From IMG/VR virus record IMGVR_UViG_3300024999_000067, positions 1-64,000 of that record: DNA of 64,000 nt. The stretch is one strand, 5' to 3'. Positions 21,563 to 31,070 of the stretch are shown piece by piece (position 1 is the first letter of the stretch; each line of letters starts with the position of its first letter). The translations under genes and the position numbers were made by a program. Source of the DNA: a virus. The notes beneath the pieces were generated by a model. The model saw only the letters and a list, made by a program, of their open reading frames with translations, had not been told where the DNA came from and ran no database searches.

Positions 21563-22261
21563 ATGACTAAAGAAGTCTTATGTATTTCTGGTGGAGTTGA
21601 CTCCGTTATTGCTTGGTACTACCTGAACAAACCCACAGCAGTGTATTTCAATACTGGTGTTCCATATGCTGCAAAAGAGAAGAGAGCATTAATGAATCTG
21701 GGAATACCGTTCATTGAGGATCACTCCCTGGAGTTTCCAGAAACCAGTATCTACATTCCACATAGAAATTTGCTGTTTGCTTCAAGGGCATCACAGTACG
21801 GGGACACTGTATATATGGCAGGTCTGAAAGATGATATGGTGGAAGACAAGAATGAAATGGCCTTTGCTGTAATGTCAGATTGCCTAACTGCTATTGGCAA
21901 GAAGCCAGTACAGGTATTATCCCCTTTCTGGAATATGATGAAGGAAGATATTATTAGATGGTTTCTTGCCAATAATGGTCATGCTGAATACCTTCTGAAA
22001 TGTACCTGTTCTTGCTACTCTGCTAAAGGGATAGAGTGTTTGGCATGTGAAGCATGTTTCCGAAAGAACTGTGCTTTATTTGCTAACGGTATAAAGCGTC
22101 CATTTGAATTCAATAAACTGGTACAGTATTACACCAATAGAGCATTGGAAGGGGTTTACATTTCAGAAAGAAACGAAAGTATTCTTAATTATGTGGAGTG
22201 GTTAAATGGACAGAGGAAAACTGTACAACACACCGAGAGACAAGCAAGTTTATTTCTTTGA
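21563..22261 (+). CDS. queC: 7-cyano-7-deazaguanine synthase (QueC-like)
   Basis: SGGVDS PP-loop, YIPHRNLLF, SPF, SCY...CLACEACFRK zinc site. Confidence 0.85.
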   Translation: MTKEVLCISGGVDSVIAWYYLNKPTAVYFNTGVPYAAKEKRALMNLGIPFIEDHSLEFPETSIYIPHRNLLFASRASQYGDTVYMAGLKDDMVEDKNEMAFAVMSDCLTAIGKKPVQVLSPFWNMMKEDIIRWFLANNGHAEYLLKCTCSCYSAKGIECLACEACFRKNCALFANGIKRPFEFNKLVQYYTNRALEGVYISERNESILNYVEWLNGQRKTVQHTERQASLFL

Positions 22262-22532
22262 TATTGACGGTACTATTACTGTTGAAACTGAAGGGTGGGA
22301 TTATCTTAAGAGAACCCCACGATTGGAAGTTATCGATAAGATAAATACCCTGTATGATTCTGGGGTAGTGCATGTGGTGTTTTGGACTTCACGGTTATCT
22401 ATTGACAGGAAAGCAACAGAATTCTGGATGGATGTTCATGCAGTAAAGTATCATGAATTAAAGTTTGGTAAACCATTCTTTGACTTATATATCTGTGACA
22501 AGGCAATAAACATTGAACAGTGGGAGAAGTAA
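22206..22532 (+). CDS. Small HAD-superfamily phosphatase
   Basis: FDIDGT, WTSR, GKP, ICDKA. Confidence 0.8.
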   Translation: MDRGKLYNTPRDKQVYFFDIDGTITVETEGWDYLKRTPRLEVIDKINTLYDSGVVHVVFWTSRLSIDRKATEFWMDVHAVKYHELKFGKPFFDLYICDKAINIEQWEK

Positions 22533-22533
22533 A

Positions 22534-23136
22534 ATGCTGGTAAATATAATTAGAAATGGAAAATGCCCAACTAAATTAAACTTTGGTTGTGGCACTAATA
22601 TTTTGCCTTGTTTTTGGAATGTGGATATTCATATTGAAAAACATTTACTAGATGTGGCTCTTGATGGTACATGGGTATCAGAAGGTTTTGTGAAATCACC
22701 GCATGATTTTCCCAGGAATCATTTTAATACAATATTAGCGGAAATGTGCTTGGAACACATTCACCAAGATTTAATTCCTAATATTTTATTTAGTTTTTAC
22801 CACTCTTTGGCAGAGGATGGGGGACTGGAAATAATTGTTCCTAATTTTTATAAATTAGCAAAGAGCTTGGTTGAATTAGAAGAAAATGATTCTGGTTTGA
22901 TTTACGTAGATGGAATGCGGAATGTTACCAATGAATTTTTGGACCCATCTATGGATGACATAGGATTTGCTAGAGGACACCAATCTATTTGGACAAAAAA
23001 GTCCGCATACAGATGGCTTCATAATGAAGGGTTTATAAATATGGGATTTACTGAAATTGATAATTGGCATGTAAAAATAACAGCAATAAAGCCCGCTAAT
23101 AACTTTTATGGTTCCCCAATAAATAGACATGAGTAG
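22534..23136 (+). CDS. Class I SAM-dependent methyltransferase
   Basis: KLNFGCG, NVDI, CLEHI, GGLEIIVP. Confidence 0.8.
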   Translation: MLVNIIRNGKCPTKLNFGCGTNILPCFWNVDIHIEKHLLDVALDGTWVSEGFVKSPHDFPRNHFNTILAEMCLEHIHQDLIPNILFSFYHSLAEDGGLEIIVPNFYKLAKSLVELEENDSGLIYVDGMRNVTNEFLDPSMDDIGFARGHQSIWTKKSAYRWLHNEGFINMGFTEIDNWHVKITAIKPANNFYGSPINRHE

Positions 23137-23668
23137 AATACTATTAACGCAAAAAGAATTTATTGAAAAATTTCAATATGTAGATGGTGAATTGTTTAGA
23201 AAGAAAACTACTTCTGCTAGAGCAAGGCAAGGGGATAAAGTTGGTTACCCTGACAAGAATAAATATTTACAAGTCAGAGTAAATTATAGATTGTACTATA
23301 TAAGTGTAATAGTATGGGTAATGCATACTGGAAAATACCCATTAGGAATAATAGATCATATTGATAGAGATACTTATAATAACCGAATAGAAAATTTAAG
23401 GGATACTACAAAATCGGGCAATAGTATTAATTCAAAAATTAGGGAGGATAATAAATCAGGTGTACGCGGGGTATGTTGGGATAAAGGTAGGGAAAAATGG
23501 AGAATGTTTATAACTCTTAATAGTAAACGGCAATCTCTTGGGTACCATAATGATTTTACAGAAGCTGTTTTTATCCGTTTTGCAGCAGAACAAAGTTGTG
23601 GTTTTGCCAAATGGGATAAAAACAGCTCCGCTTATCAATATGTAAAAACTATGGTTAAAATAAAATGA
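23129..23668 (+). mobile_element. Free-standing HNH-AP2 homing endonuclease
   Basis: IDHIDRDTYNNRIENLR, NKSGVRGVCW, LGY AP2 domain. Confidence 0.88.
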
Positions 23669-25485
23669 GTAATATCAATATGGTGCTAGATAGTGGCGCA
23701 TTTTCGGCGGACCAGAAAGGCACTGAAGTAGATGTTTACAAGTACATGGATTTTATCCGTGAGAACAAAGTAAAATTATATTTCAACCTTGATGTTATCG
23801 GTAGTGCTGAAGGTTCTTGGAAAAATCAGGAGATAATGGAGAAGAGCGGGTTTAGCCCATTACCAGTATTTCACGTAGAAGACGAAGAAAGATACCTAGA
23901 CAGGTGCATAAGCGATTACCGATACTTTGCATTAGGCGGAATGGCAGGGGGAGTATCAGAGCAGTCAAGGGAAAGATTCCTTGACAGATGCTGGGAAAAG
24001 ATTTGCCCTGCACCAACATATATGCCCACAAACAAAGTACATGGTTTAGGTTTAGCTAGTCCGTTATTGATTTCTAAATACCCGTGGTATTGTATGACAG
24101 AAGAGGACCATACAGTATTGACAAAATCTGGTTGGAAAGCGTTAAAAGATTTAACTATCGGTACAGAGATTTTATGCTTCAATAAAGGAGTATCAAAATG
24201 GGAGGAAATACTAGAGATACCTATATTTCCCGTGATTAATGCTACCATAAATAGGATGTTTAATCGAAACTTTGATTCATTTACATCTGATAATCATAGA
24301 TGGAATATTTTTAGTAGAAAAGGAGAATATAAATGGAAAACAGAAAAAGAATTTGTAGCCAATGATACTATTCCAAGAATAGGAGAGTATACTTTTCCCA
24401 CTAAAAAAATATATTCGGATGAACAAGTTTCCGCTTTAGCTTGGTTTTGGACAGATGGGACCATAAAAGGAAGGAAAAACTATAAAAGTTCCAGTATTGT
24501 ATTATACCAATCAGTAAAAGCAAACCCACAAAAATGTGATATTATACGGGATATTCTAATAAAGAGTGGGGAAAAATATTGTGAAATGAAACCTACTGGT
24601 GGTAATGGTATAATAGCTTTTGAACTGTATGGGGAACTTTGTAAATGGTTACTGAGTATTGCTCCTAATAAGGAACTACCAGAGTTCCTTCCTCTTCAAT
24701 TAACCAAGGGGCAAACTAATTTATTCATTGAGCAAAGTATTCTTGCTGATGGTTTCAGGGGAAGGTTAGTACGAACTGACGGTTTTGGTATATCTGTCAG
24801 TAGGGGGTATAAAAGAAAAAATTTAGAGATACTACGGATAATGTGCTTGTTGTATGGAATACCTACTTCTATGAATTATACAGATGGTTATTCCAAATTG
24901 GCTTCTTCTTCTGTTAATAGAATTTATATTGGTAATGTAACAAAAGAAAAAGTTAAATACACTGGTAATCTGTGGTGTGTTCGTGTTCCGTCAGGGGCAT
25001 TTTTTACTAAATGCAAAGAGAAAATATATGTAACTGGAAATTCGGCCGACACAGCCAGTGGTATACATTACGGTAGATATGGAATTATTATTATTCCTAG
25101 AATGAAACATGGCGGGGAACCAGACTACCTGTCACCACCTTATTCAATCTATATAACGGAAAGGTCTTCTACTGTACAGGTAGAAGGAAAGCATATACGG
25201 AATGTTGCTCCGTCTGTCAGAAAATGGATATATGAATACATTGTTTCCAGAGGGTTTGCTGTAGGCAAGATTGATCTTGTTCCAGTTCCGAAAGGGTATG
25301 AACTACAGGAAGGGGAAAAGTTTACTGGTAAAGAAAAGGTATTGATTGAACGGGTAATTGAACCTGGGGTTGTTTCTAATGGTACAATCCGAGATTACTT
25401 TAACTTAGATTTTTACCTACAGATGGAGAAGGCTATTCCCGCTTGGCCTTGGCCATATAAACCTAAAATGAAAAGGATGTTTTAA
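23665..25485 (+). CDS. dpdA: DpdA/TGT-like 7-deazaguanine DNA transglycosylase, interrupted by an intein
   Basis: LDSGAFS, NLDVIG, PVFH, ALGG, KVHGLG; spliced YPWY|SADTAS; lies beside folE/queCDE. Confidence 0.75.
   Translation: MSNINMVLDSGAFSADQKGTEVDVYKYMDFIRENKVKLYFNLDVIGSAEGSWKNQEIMEKSGFSPLPVFHVEDEERYLDRCISDYRYFALGGMAGGVSEQSRERFLDRCWEKICPAPTYMPTNKVHGLGLASPLLISKYPWYCMTEEDHTVLTKSGWKALKDLTIGTEILCFNKGVSKWEEILEIPIFPVINATINRMFNRNFDSFTSDNHRWNIFSRKGEYKWKTEKEFVANDTIPRIGEYTFPTKKIYSDEQVSALAWFWTDGTIKGRKNYKSSSIVLYQSVKANPQKCDIIRDILIKSGEKYCEMKPTGGNGIIAFELYGELCKWLLSIAPNKELPEFLPLQLTKGQTNLFIEQSILADGFRGRLVRTDGFGISVSRGYKRKNLEILRIMCLLYGIPTSMNYTDGYSKLASSSVNRIYIGNVTKEKVKYTGNLWCVRVPSGAFFTKCKEKIYVTGNSADTASGIHYGRYGIIIIPRMKHGGEPDYLSPPYSIYITERSSTVQVEGKHIRNVAPSVRKWIYEYIVSRGFAVGKIDLVPVPKGYELQEGEKFTGKEKVLIERVIEPGVVSNGTIRDYFNLDFYLQMEKAIPAWPWPYKPKMKRMF
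24091..25041 (+). mobile_element. Intein (317 aa) with LAGLIDADG-type endonuclease
   Basis: Starts CMTEEDHTVLTKSGWK; block B TSDNHR; LAWFWTDG and ILADG; ends WCVRVPSGAF...VTGN followed by Ser. Confidence 0.9.
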
Positions 25486-25567
25486 TGAAAATACTTCTGA
25501 TAGTGGTAGCAGTGTATGTGGTACAGATACTTCTGTTAAAGCTTAACGGTTACAAAGGAGGGAAGTT

Positions 25568-25810
25568 TTGATTCTTTATCTCGCAGGTGGATTCCACTTT
25601 AGTAATACTGTAGAGTCCGAGAAAAAACTAGCGGTGCAAATGATTTCCCTATATAATCGATACAATAGACTTGCAACTTTCTTCTACCAGAAGGATGCAC
25701 GAAACATAATAACTGTCATGGAGGAATTAAATGGAGACAAAGGAATTGGTACGGATAGTCAATCTTCTCATGGTTGCAGTAGAGAGGAAAGCAGTAGTAT
25801 CCCAGTATGA
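25568..25810 (+). CDS. Small protein resembling the N-terminal strands of TGT-like proteins
   Basis: GGAGG RBS; MILYLAGG...RLATFFY. Confidence 0.45.
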   Translation: MILYLAGGFHFSNTVESEKKLAVQMISLYNRYNRLATFFYQKDARNIITVMEELNGDKGIGTDSQSSHGCSREESSSIPV

Positions 25811-26810
25811 TCACGTAGTGTTCTATGGTGGTGCAATCTCAACATTTAACGGTAAGATATTTATTTCCCACCCTGTTGATCTTGATCTGGAATGTTCTGT
25901 TCCAGCAGAAGACTTGTTAAACATTCTGAAGACGGTAGAAGACAAAGAAGTAACATTGACGGTGGACAAAAATCTGTTGAAGATTAAATCCAGTGATGTA
26001 GAAGCAGAACTGTCCACCGATGTTTACGAAGACAATGTTGTTAAAACCATTAAGTTTCTGGACATTGGTAAATTTAACAAAACCGATTACAAGAAGGCAG
26101 CCAAAGAATTCATCCAGGCATTGAACGATTGCCGTTTCAGTGTTGGTAAAGATGTATCCTGTTCCCATAATTCCTTCTGCATTCATGTGGTTGAGGAAGC
26201 TGTGGAATCTACTGACGGTTACAGGTGCTCAGAATATATAATGGATTCTGTTATGGATGAGATGCTTTTACCAGTATCTTCAGTAAATTCTCTCTTGTCC
26301 TTTGCCCCTGTCTACTATGTACTTGACAATGGCTGGGCACATTTTATCGATGAAAACGATGTTTTCTTTTCTATATCGGTTATCAAGGGAACCTTTCCAG
26401 ATGTTCCTAAGATCATGGATAGAGCAAAGGCAGAAGTGGAAGTGGCATTACCGATTCAGATAGCAAATATTCTAAGTGAATTTGGGAAGCTCTCTTCAGG
26501 GGAGACTGATATTTACAAGTTCATGGAAGTGGAAATTAAAGGTAAGGAAATTATCTGTAAGACGGATAAGCAGGGCTGTTCGGTAAAGAAAAAGATTCCT
26601 TTTCCCGAAAGCCAAACTGACCTAACATTCCTTATCAGTCCCACGTTGCTGAACAGTGTATTATCGAAAACGAATATTATCGGTATAAACTATACCAGTA
26701 ACATGGCATCCTTTTCTTCAAAGAACTTTACTCATGTAATGGTTCTGCCTGAAGGGAAGGAAGTGAAAGAGGAAGTATATACTGGAACAGGTTCCGACGT
26801 CCCTTTTTAG
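25731..26810 (+). CDS. DNA sliding clamp (Pol III beta-like)
   Basis: About 360 aa; STFNG, ESTDGYR, GTFPDV motifs; position in replication module. Confidence 0.75.
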   Translation: METKELVRIVNLLMVAVERKAVVSQYDHVVFYGGAISTFNGKIFISHPVDLDLECSVPAEDLLNILKTVEDKEVTLTVDKNLLKIKSSDVEAELSTDVYEDNVVKTIKFLDIGKFNKTDYKKAAKEFIQALNDCRFSVGKDVSCSHNSFCIHVVEEAVESTDGYRCSEYIMDSVMDEMLLPVSSVNSLLSFAPVYYVLDNGWAHFIDENDVFFSISVIKGTFPDVPKIMDRAKAEVEVALPIQIANILSEFGKLSSGETDIYKFMEVEIKGKEIICKTDKQGCSVKKKIPFPESQTDLTFLISPTLLNSVLSKTNIIGINYTSNMASFSSKNFTHVMVLPEGKEVKEEVYTGTGSDVPF

Positions 26811-26959
26811 GATGGTACAAATGGTATATGTAAACGATAAGTATGTGGAACCGGAAGTGTTATGGTGCAGAAGATGTGGAAAAGTTATTTTAGTAGTAGT
26901 TTTTCCTGGAATGCAACCAGAACACTTACTTTGCGAAGACTGTAAACTGGAGAGGAAAC

Positions 26960-27904
26960 ATGAAAACAAAAACCATTAAGACAGTGCTGCGAAAGAAGAT
27001 TGACAGTTGGCTGAAGTCTATTGCTAATGAAAGAATCCGTAAGATTGCAGAAGAGAATACAATAGTAACTGGTGGTTGCATAGCCAGTATGCTGTTGGGA
27101 GAAAAGGTAAATGATTACGATATATATTTCCGTTCACAGTTAGCAGCAAAAGAGATTGCAGAGTATTACATTGGATTGTTTTCCATTAAGAACAGGGAAG
27201 GAATTCCATGTAAAATCTATGTAGAGTCTACTGAAGACAGGGTAAAGATTGTGGTTAAGTCTGCTGGTATTGCAAGTGCAGATGGAACAGAAAAACCGTA
27301 TGAATATTTTGAAGGATCACCAGAACAGAATGCTTCCAATTATGTATCAGAAGTAATGCAGGACCCAGGAGAAATTGAAGATAAGTTTGAAGAGGTATCG
27401 GAAAAGATTGAAGATCAGGCAGAAGATACCGATACCCAGTACAAGCCTGTCTTCCTGAGTACAAATGCAATTACTTTGAGTGGTAAGATTCAGATGGTGT
27501 TCCGTTTCTTTGGGGAACCTGAAGAAATCCACAAGTATTACGACTTCATGCATTGTACAAATTACTGGACAAGTTGGGACGATAAACTGGAACTGAAGAA
27601 AGAAGCATTAGCCTGTTTGCTTTCCAGAGAATTGATTTATGTTGGCAGCAAATATCCGATATGCTCTATCTTTCGTGTCCGTAAGTTTATTAAACGTAAC
27701 TTTACCATTAATGCTGGGCAAATTCTGAAAATCTGTATGCAGATATCGGAACTGGATTTAACCAAGATAGAAGTATTGCAGGATCAGCTTACTGGTGTAG
27801 ACTGTGCTTACTTTCTAGAAGTTATTGGTAAGTTGAAAGAGAAAGATCCAGAGGTTGTAAATTCAGCCTATCTTATTGAAATAATTGATCGCATGTTTAA
27901 TTAA
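26960..27904 (+). CDS. Nucleotidyltransferase-like conserved phage protein
   Basis: VTGGCIAS...NDYDIYF (GG-x-S, DxD) and YDF motif. Confidence 0.55.
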   Translation: MKTKTIKTVLRKKIDSWLKSIANERIRKIAEENTIVTGGCIASMLLGEKVNDYDIYFRSQLAAKEIAEYYIGLFSIKNREGIPCKIYVESTEDRVKIVVKSAGIASADGTEKPYEYFEGSPEQNASNYVSEVMQDPGEIEDKFEEVSEKIEDQAEDTDTQYKPVFLSTNAITLSGKIQMVFRFFGEPEEIHKYYDFMHCTNYWTSWDDKLELKKEALACLLSRELIYVGSKYPICSIFRVRKFIKRNFTINAGQILKICMQISELDLTKIEVLQDQLTGVDCAYFLEVIGKLKEKDPEVVNSAYLIEIIDRMFN

Positions 27905-27914
27905 TGGAGAAAAT

Positions 27915-28445
27915 ATGATTGATATAATGCTGGATCTTGAGACTATGGGAAATGGTAACAATGCTGCTATTGCCGCTATTGGTGCTGTAAACTTTGATCT
28001 TACTACTGGTGAAATAGGAGAAGGGTTCTATGAAGTAGTTGATCTGGAATCTTCTGTTAGACATGGTGGTGTTATGGATGTTTCTACCGTATTATGGTGG
28101 ATGCAACAATCAGATACAGCAAGAGCCGAGTTTAAGCGGGAAGGGAAACATATACAAATGGCATTAGTGTCCTTCCAAACATATCTTGCATCTTTTACAG
28201 GGGAAGTAGCCTTATGGGGTAACGGTGCTGTTTTCGATAATGTAATTCTAAAATCGGCTTATGATCGTGGTGGATTGATTCTACCGTGGCACTTTAAAAA
28301 CGATAGGTGTTACAGAACAATGCGGGCAATGCTCCCTGTTGTAGAATTGCCTGAGATTGCTGGTACCCATCATAGAGCTATTGATGATGCAAGGTGGCAA
28401 GCCCAGTATCTTATTGAAGCATGGAAGTTAAGAGAACAAAATTAA
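27915..28445 (+). CDS. DEDDh 3'-5' exonuclease (Rv2179c-like)
   Basis: MLDLETMG, WGNGAVFD, RCYRT, HRAIDDA. Confidence 0.88.
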   Translation: MIDIMLDLETMGNGNNAAIAAIGAVNFDLTTGEIGEGFYEVVDLESSVRHGGVMDVSTVLWWMQQSDTARAEFKREGKHIQMALVSFQTYLASFTGEVALWGNGAVFDNVILKSAYDRGGLILPWHFKNDRCYRTMRAMLPVVELPEIAGTHHRAIDDARWQAQYLIEAWKLREQN

Positions 28446-28469
28446 TGGGGACTTTCCCAAGGTGAATTA

Positions 28470-31070
28470 ATGAAGATAAAGAGTTTCTGGAATGATGGGC
28501 CTGCCATCAGTGAGGATTGTGATTCCTGTGGTCTACACACAATCTGTAAATCACCATTCTCAAAACATTATGGTAATGGTAGACTGAATGCTTTGATCAT
28601 TACTGGTAAACCTTCTGCTATAGAGGACAGTAAAGGGTTTGGTTTCTCAGGGGAAACAATGGATACCATGAAGGAATTCTTTTCCAGTGTAGGAGTGAAC
28701 CTGGAGAACAATTTCTGGAAAACATCCGCTGTTTCCTGTTACTGTAAAGGGGAAATAAAAGATGACCATATACTGAAATGTAAACCGAATCTGATAGCCA
28801 AGATCAAGGAACTGAAACCGAAGTATATTCTAACTGTTGGGAATGCTGCAACGAAAGCGGTTCTTGGTAAGATAGGAAGGAAAACTCCACAACTAGAAAC
28901 TCTGGTTATGAGAGCTATTCCCGTACATGAATATGGTGCCTGGGTCTTGCCTATGCTGAACCCAGGCAAGATGAAGACAGAGAATCAGAAAGCTTATTTC
29001 GGCAGACTGGTTAAGTTTGTCATGAACGAAATAAAACAGAAGAAAGAATTGTTAAAGGTAAATCCATTTGAAAATGTAAAAGTCCTAATCGAGTACAAGG
29101 ATATTATAAATGGATTGGAAGACCTGTTATCCGATTCTGATTTCGTTTCCTCAATCGATATTGAAGGAACTGGTTTAAAACCACAGTATGAAAAACACTG
29201 TATTACTTCTGTTGGTATATCTACCAGAAAGGGAACAATATCTTTTCCACTTGATCACAGTGAGGTTTCTTTTTCCGATCAAGCATACGACAATATTGTT
29301 GAATTACTTGTGGAATATCTGGAAAGAGAAGATATAAAAAAGATTGCCCACAAGTTACAGTTTGACACAATGTGGTTAGAAACTATTCTTGGCTGTCACG
29401 TTAATGGATGGTTACAATGTACCAATATAAATCAACATCTTCTTGATCACAGAACAGGGGCCAAAGGATTGAAGGAACTTTGTTTCCTTAAATGGGGTAT
29501 CAGAGATTACGATAAAAAAGCCGACAAGTATATTGAAGCAGACAGGCAGGGGGCAAAGGAACTCAACAGAATGCGGGAAATGCCCCTGTACGATCAATTA
29601 CTCTATGTAGGTGCTGATGCCTATCTTACCCTTAAACTAAGCGATGCCGAGGACGAAGAATATCGGCAACTTGATTCTAAGAAAAAACATTACCCTCGTA
29701 TCCTGTTTACAGAAAGTGCCAGAACTTTATGCACTATGCAAGAGAATGGTATTCCAATAAATGCGGAATATTATGTAAAGGCAGAAGCAGAAGTAACTGG
29801 TAAGATCCAGGATTTAGAAGAAAAGATAGCCAATGAACCGTATGTAAAGAAGTTTACCAATCTGTATCGAAAGAAATTTGAGCATTCAAAGCCAGCCGAT
29901 TTGAAGAGACTGTTCTTTGAAGTGATGAAACTAGATGCTAAGAAACTGGGAACTACCGATGGTGGCAATATCTCTTTAGATGAAAAGGCATTGAAAGATA
30001 TTGGTTTGCCCATATGTGAAAATATCCTGTCACTGAGAAAGTTATTGAAGGTACGGGATACATACCTGTCCCAGTTTGCAAGAGAAGAGGTTAATGGAAA
30101 GATTCATCCATTTTTTAATCTGACTATTGCCCGAAGTTTTAGGTCAAGTTCCAACCAACCGAATTTCCAGAACATTCCGAAGCGGGATGATTATGCTAAG
30201 AAGATAACAAGAACTGGTATTGTAACTGAACCTGACTGTGGTATTGGTGAGATTGACTTTTCGGGAGTTGAGGTTTGTACATCGGCAGCGTATCATAAAG
30301 ATCCAAACTTTATTGCATACCTGACTGTAGAAGGTTCCGATATGCATAGGGATAATGCTTGTGATATTTGGCAGGTACGTAAAGAGAACCTAGATGAAGA
30401 TGGAAAGATCAGATTCTATATAAAGAATCAATGGACATTCCCTCAGTTCTATGGGGATTACTGGGGAAGTTGTGGTCCTACTTTATGGGAAACTGCTATC
30501 GAGAAAGAGAAGTTTATTCTACGGGACGGTACTCCATTAGTGGAACACATGCATAATAAGGGAATCCATAATGTAGACGATTTCCTCAAGCATTGCAAGA
30601 AAGCCGAAGAGAAAATGTGGAATGAACGGTTTAAAGTTTATACTGCATGGAAGAAAGAAGTAAACGATTTCTATATTAAGTACGGTTACGTGGAAACGTA
30701 TTTAGGTTTCAGATTTTATGGTCTACTGGACAGAAAGCAGACAACCAATTACCCCATACAGGGAACAGCGTTTCATATCCTGCTGTGGTCTATCAACCGT
30801 ATACAGGAGTTTATCAAGAAAGAGAAATTACGGTCATACCTTTGTGGTCAGATTCATGATTCTTTGGTGTTTCAGTGGTACCCAGAGGAACGTGATTACT
30901 TATTGACGGAGATGAATGAAGTATGTTCTAAGAGAGTGCTGAAGGAATTTGAATGGATCAACGTCCCTTTCAAAATTGATGTGGAATTGTCAAAGGTAAA
31001 TGGTAATTTTGCAGGGTTATCTAAATATGTAAAATCGGGGGATATATGGGTACCGAAACCAAAGAAGTAA
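28470..31070 (+). CDS. polA: Family A DNA polymerase with N-terminal family-4 UDG-like domain and 3'-5' exonuclease
   Basis: CDSC...C...C UDG-like N-terminus; DIEGTG, YVGADA exo; PNFQNIP, DFSGVE, NYPIQG, QIHDS. Confidence 0.93.
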   Translation: MKIKSFWNDGPAISEDCDSCGLHTICKSPFSKHYGNGRLNALIITGKPSAIEDSKGFGFSGETMDTMKEFFSSVGVNLENNFWKTSAVSCYCKGEIKDDHILKCKPNLIAKIKELKPKYILTVGNAATKAVLGKIGRKTPQLETLVMRAIPVHEYGAWVLPMLNPGKMKTENQKAYFGRLVKFVMNEIKQKKELLKVNPFENVKVLIEYKDIINGLEDLLSDSDFVSSIDIEGTGLKPQYEKHCITSVGISTRKGTISFPLDHSEVSFSDQAYDNIVELLVEYLEREDIKKIAHKLQFDTMWLETILGCHVNGWLQCTNINQHLLDHRTGAKGLKELCFLKWGIRDYDKKADKYIEADRQGAKELNRMREMPLYDQLLYVGADAYLTLKLSDAEDEEYRQLDSKKKHYPRILFTESARTLCTMQENGIPINAEYYVKAEAEVTGKIQDLEEKIANEPYVKKFTNLYRKKFEHSKPADLKRLFFEVMKLDAKKLGTTDGGNISLDEKALKDIGLPICENILSLRKLLKVRDTYLSQFAREEVNGKIHPFFNLTIARSFRSSSNQPNFQNIPKRDDYAKKITRTGIVTEPDCGIGEIDFSGVEVCTSAAYHKDPNFIAYLTVEGSDMHRDNACDIWQVRKENLDEDGKIRFYIKNQWTFPQFYGDYWGSCGPTLWETAIEKEKFILRDGTPLVEHMHNKGIHNVDDFLKHCKKAEEKMWNERFKVYTAWKKEVNDFYIKYGYVETYLGFRFYGLLDRKQTTNYPIQGTAFHILLWSINRIQEFIKKEKLRSYLCGQIHDSLVFQWYPEERDYLLTEMNEVCSKRVLKEFEWINVPFKIDVELSKVNGNFAGLSKYVKSGDIWVPKPKK

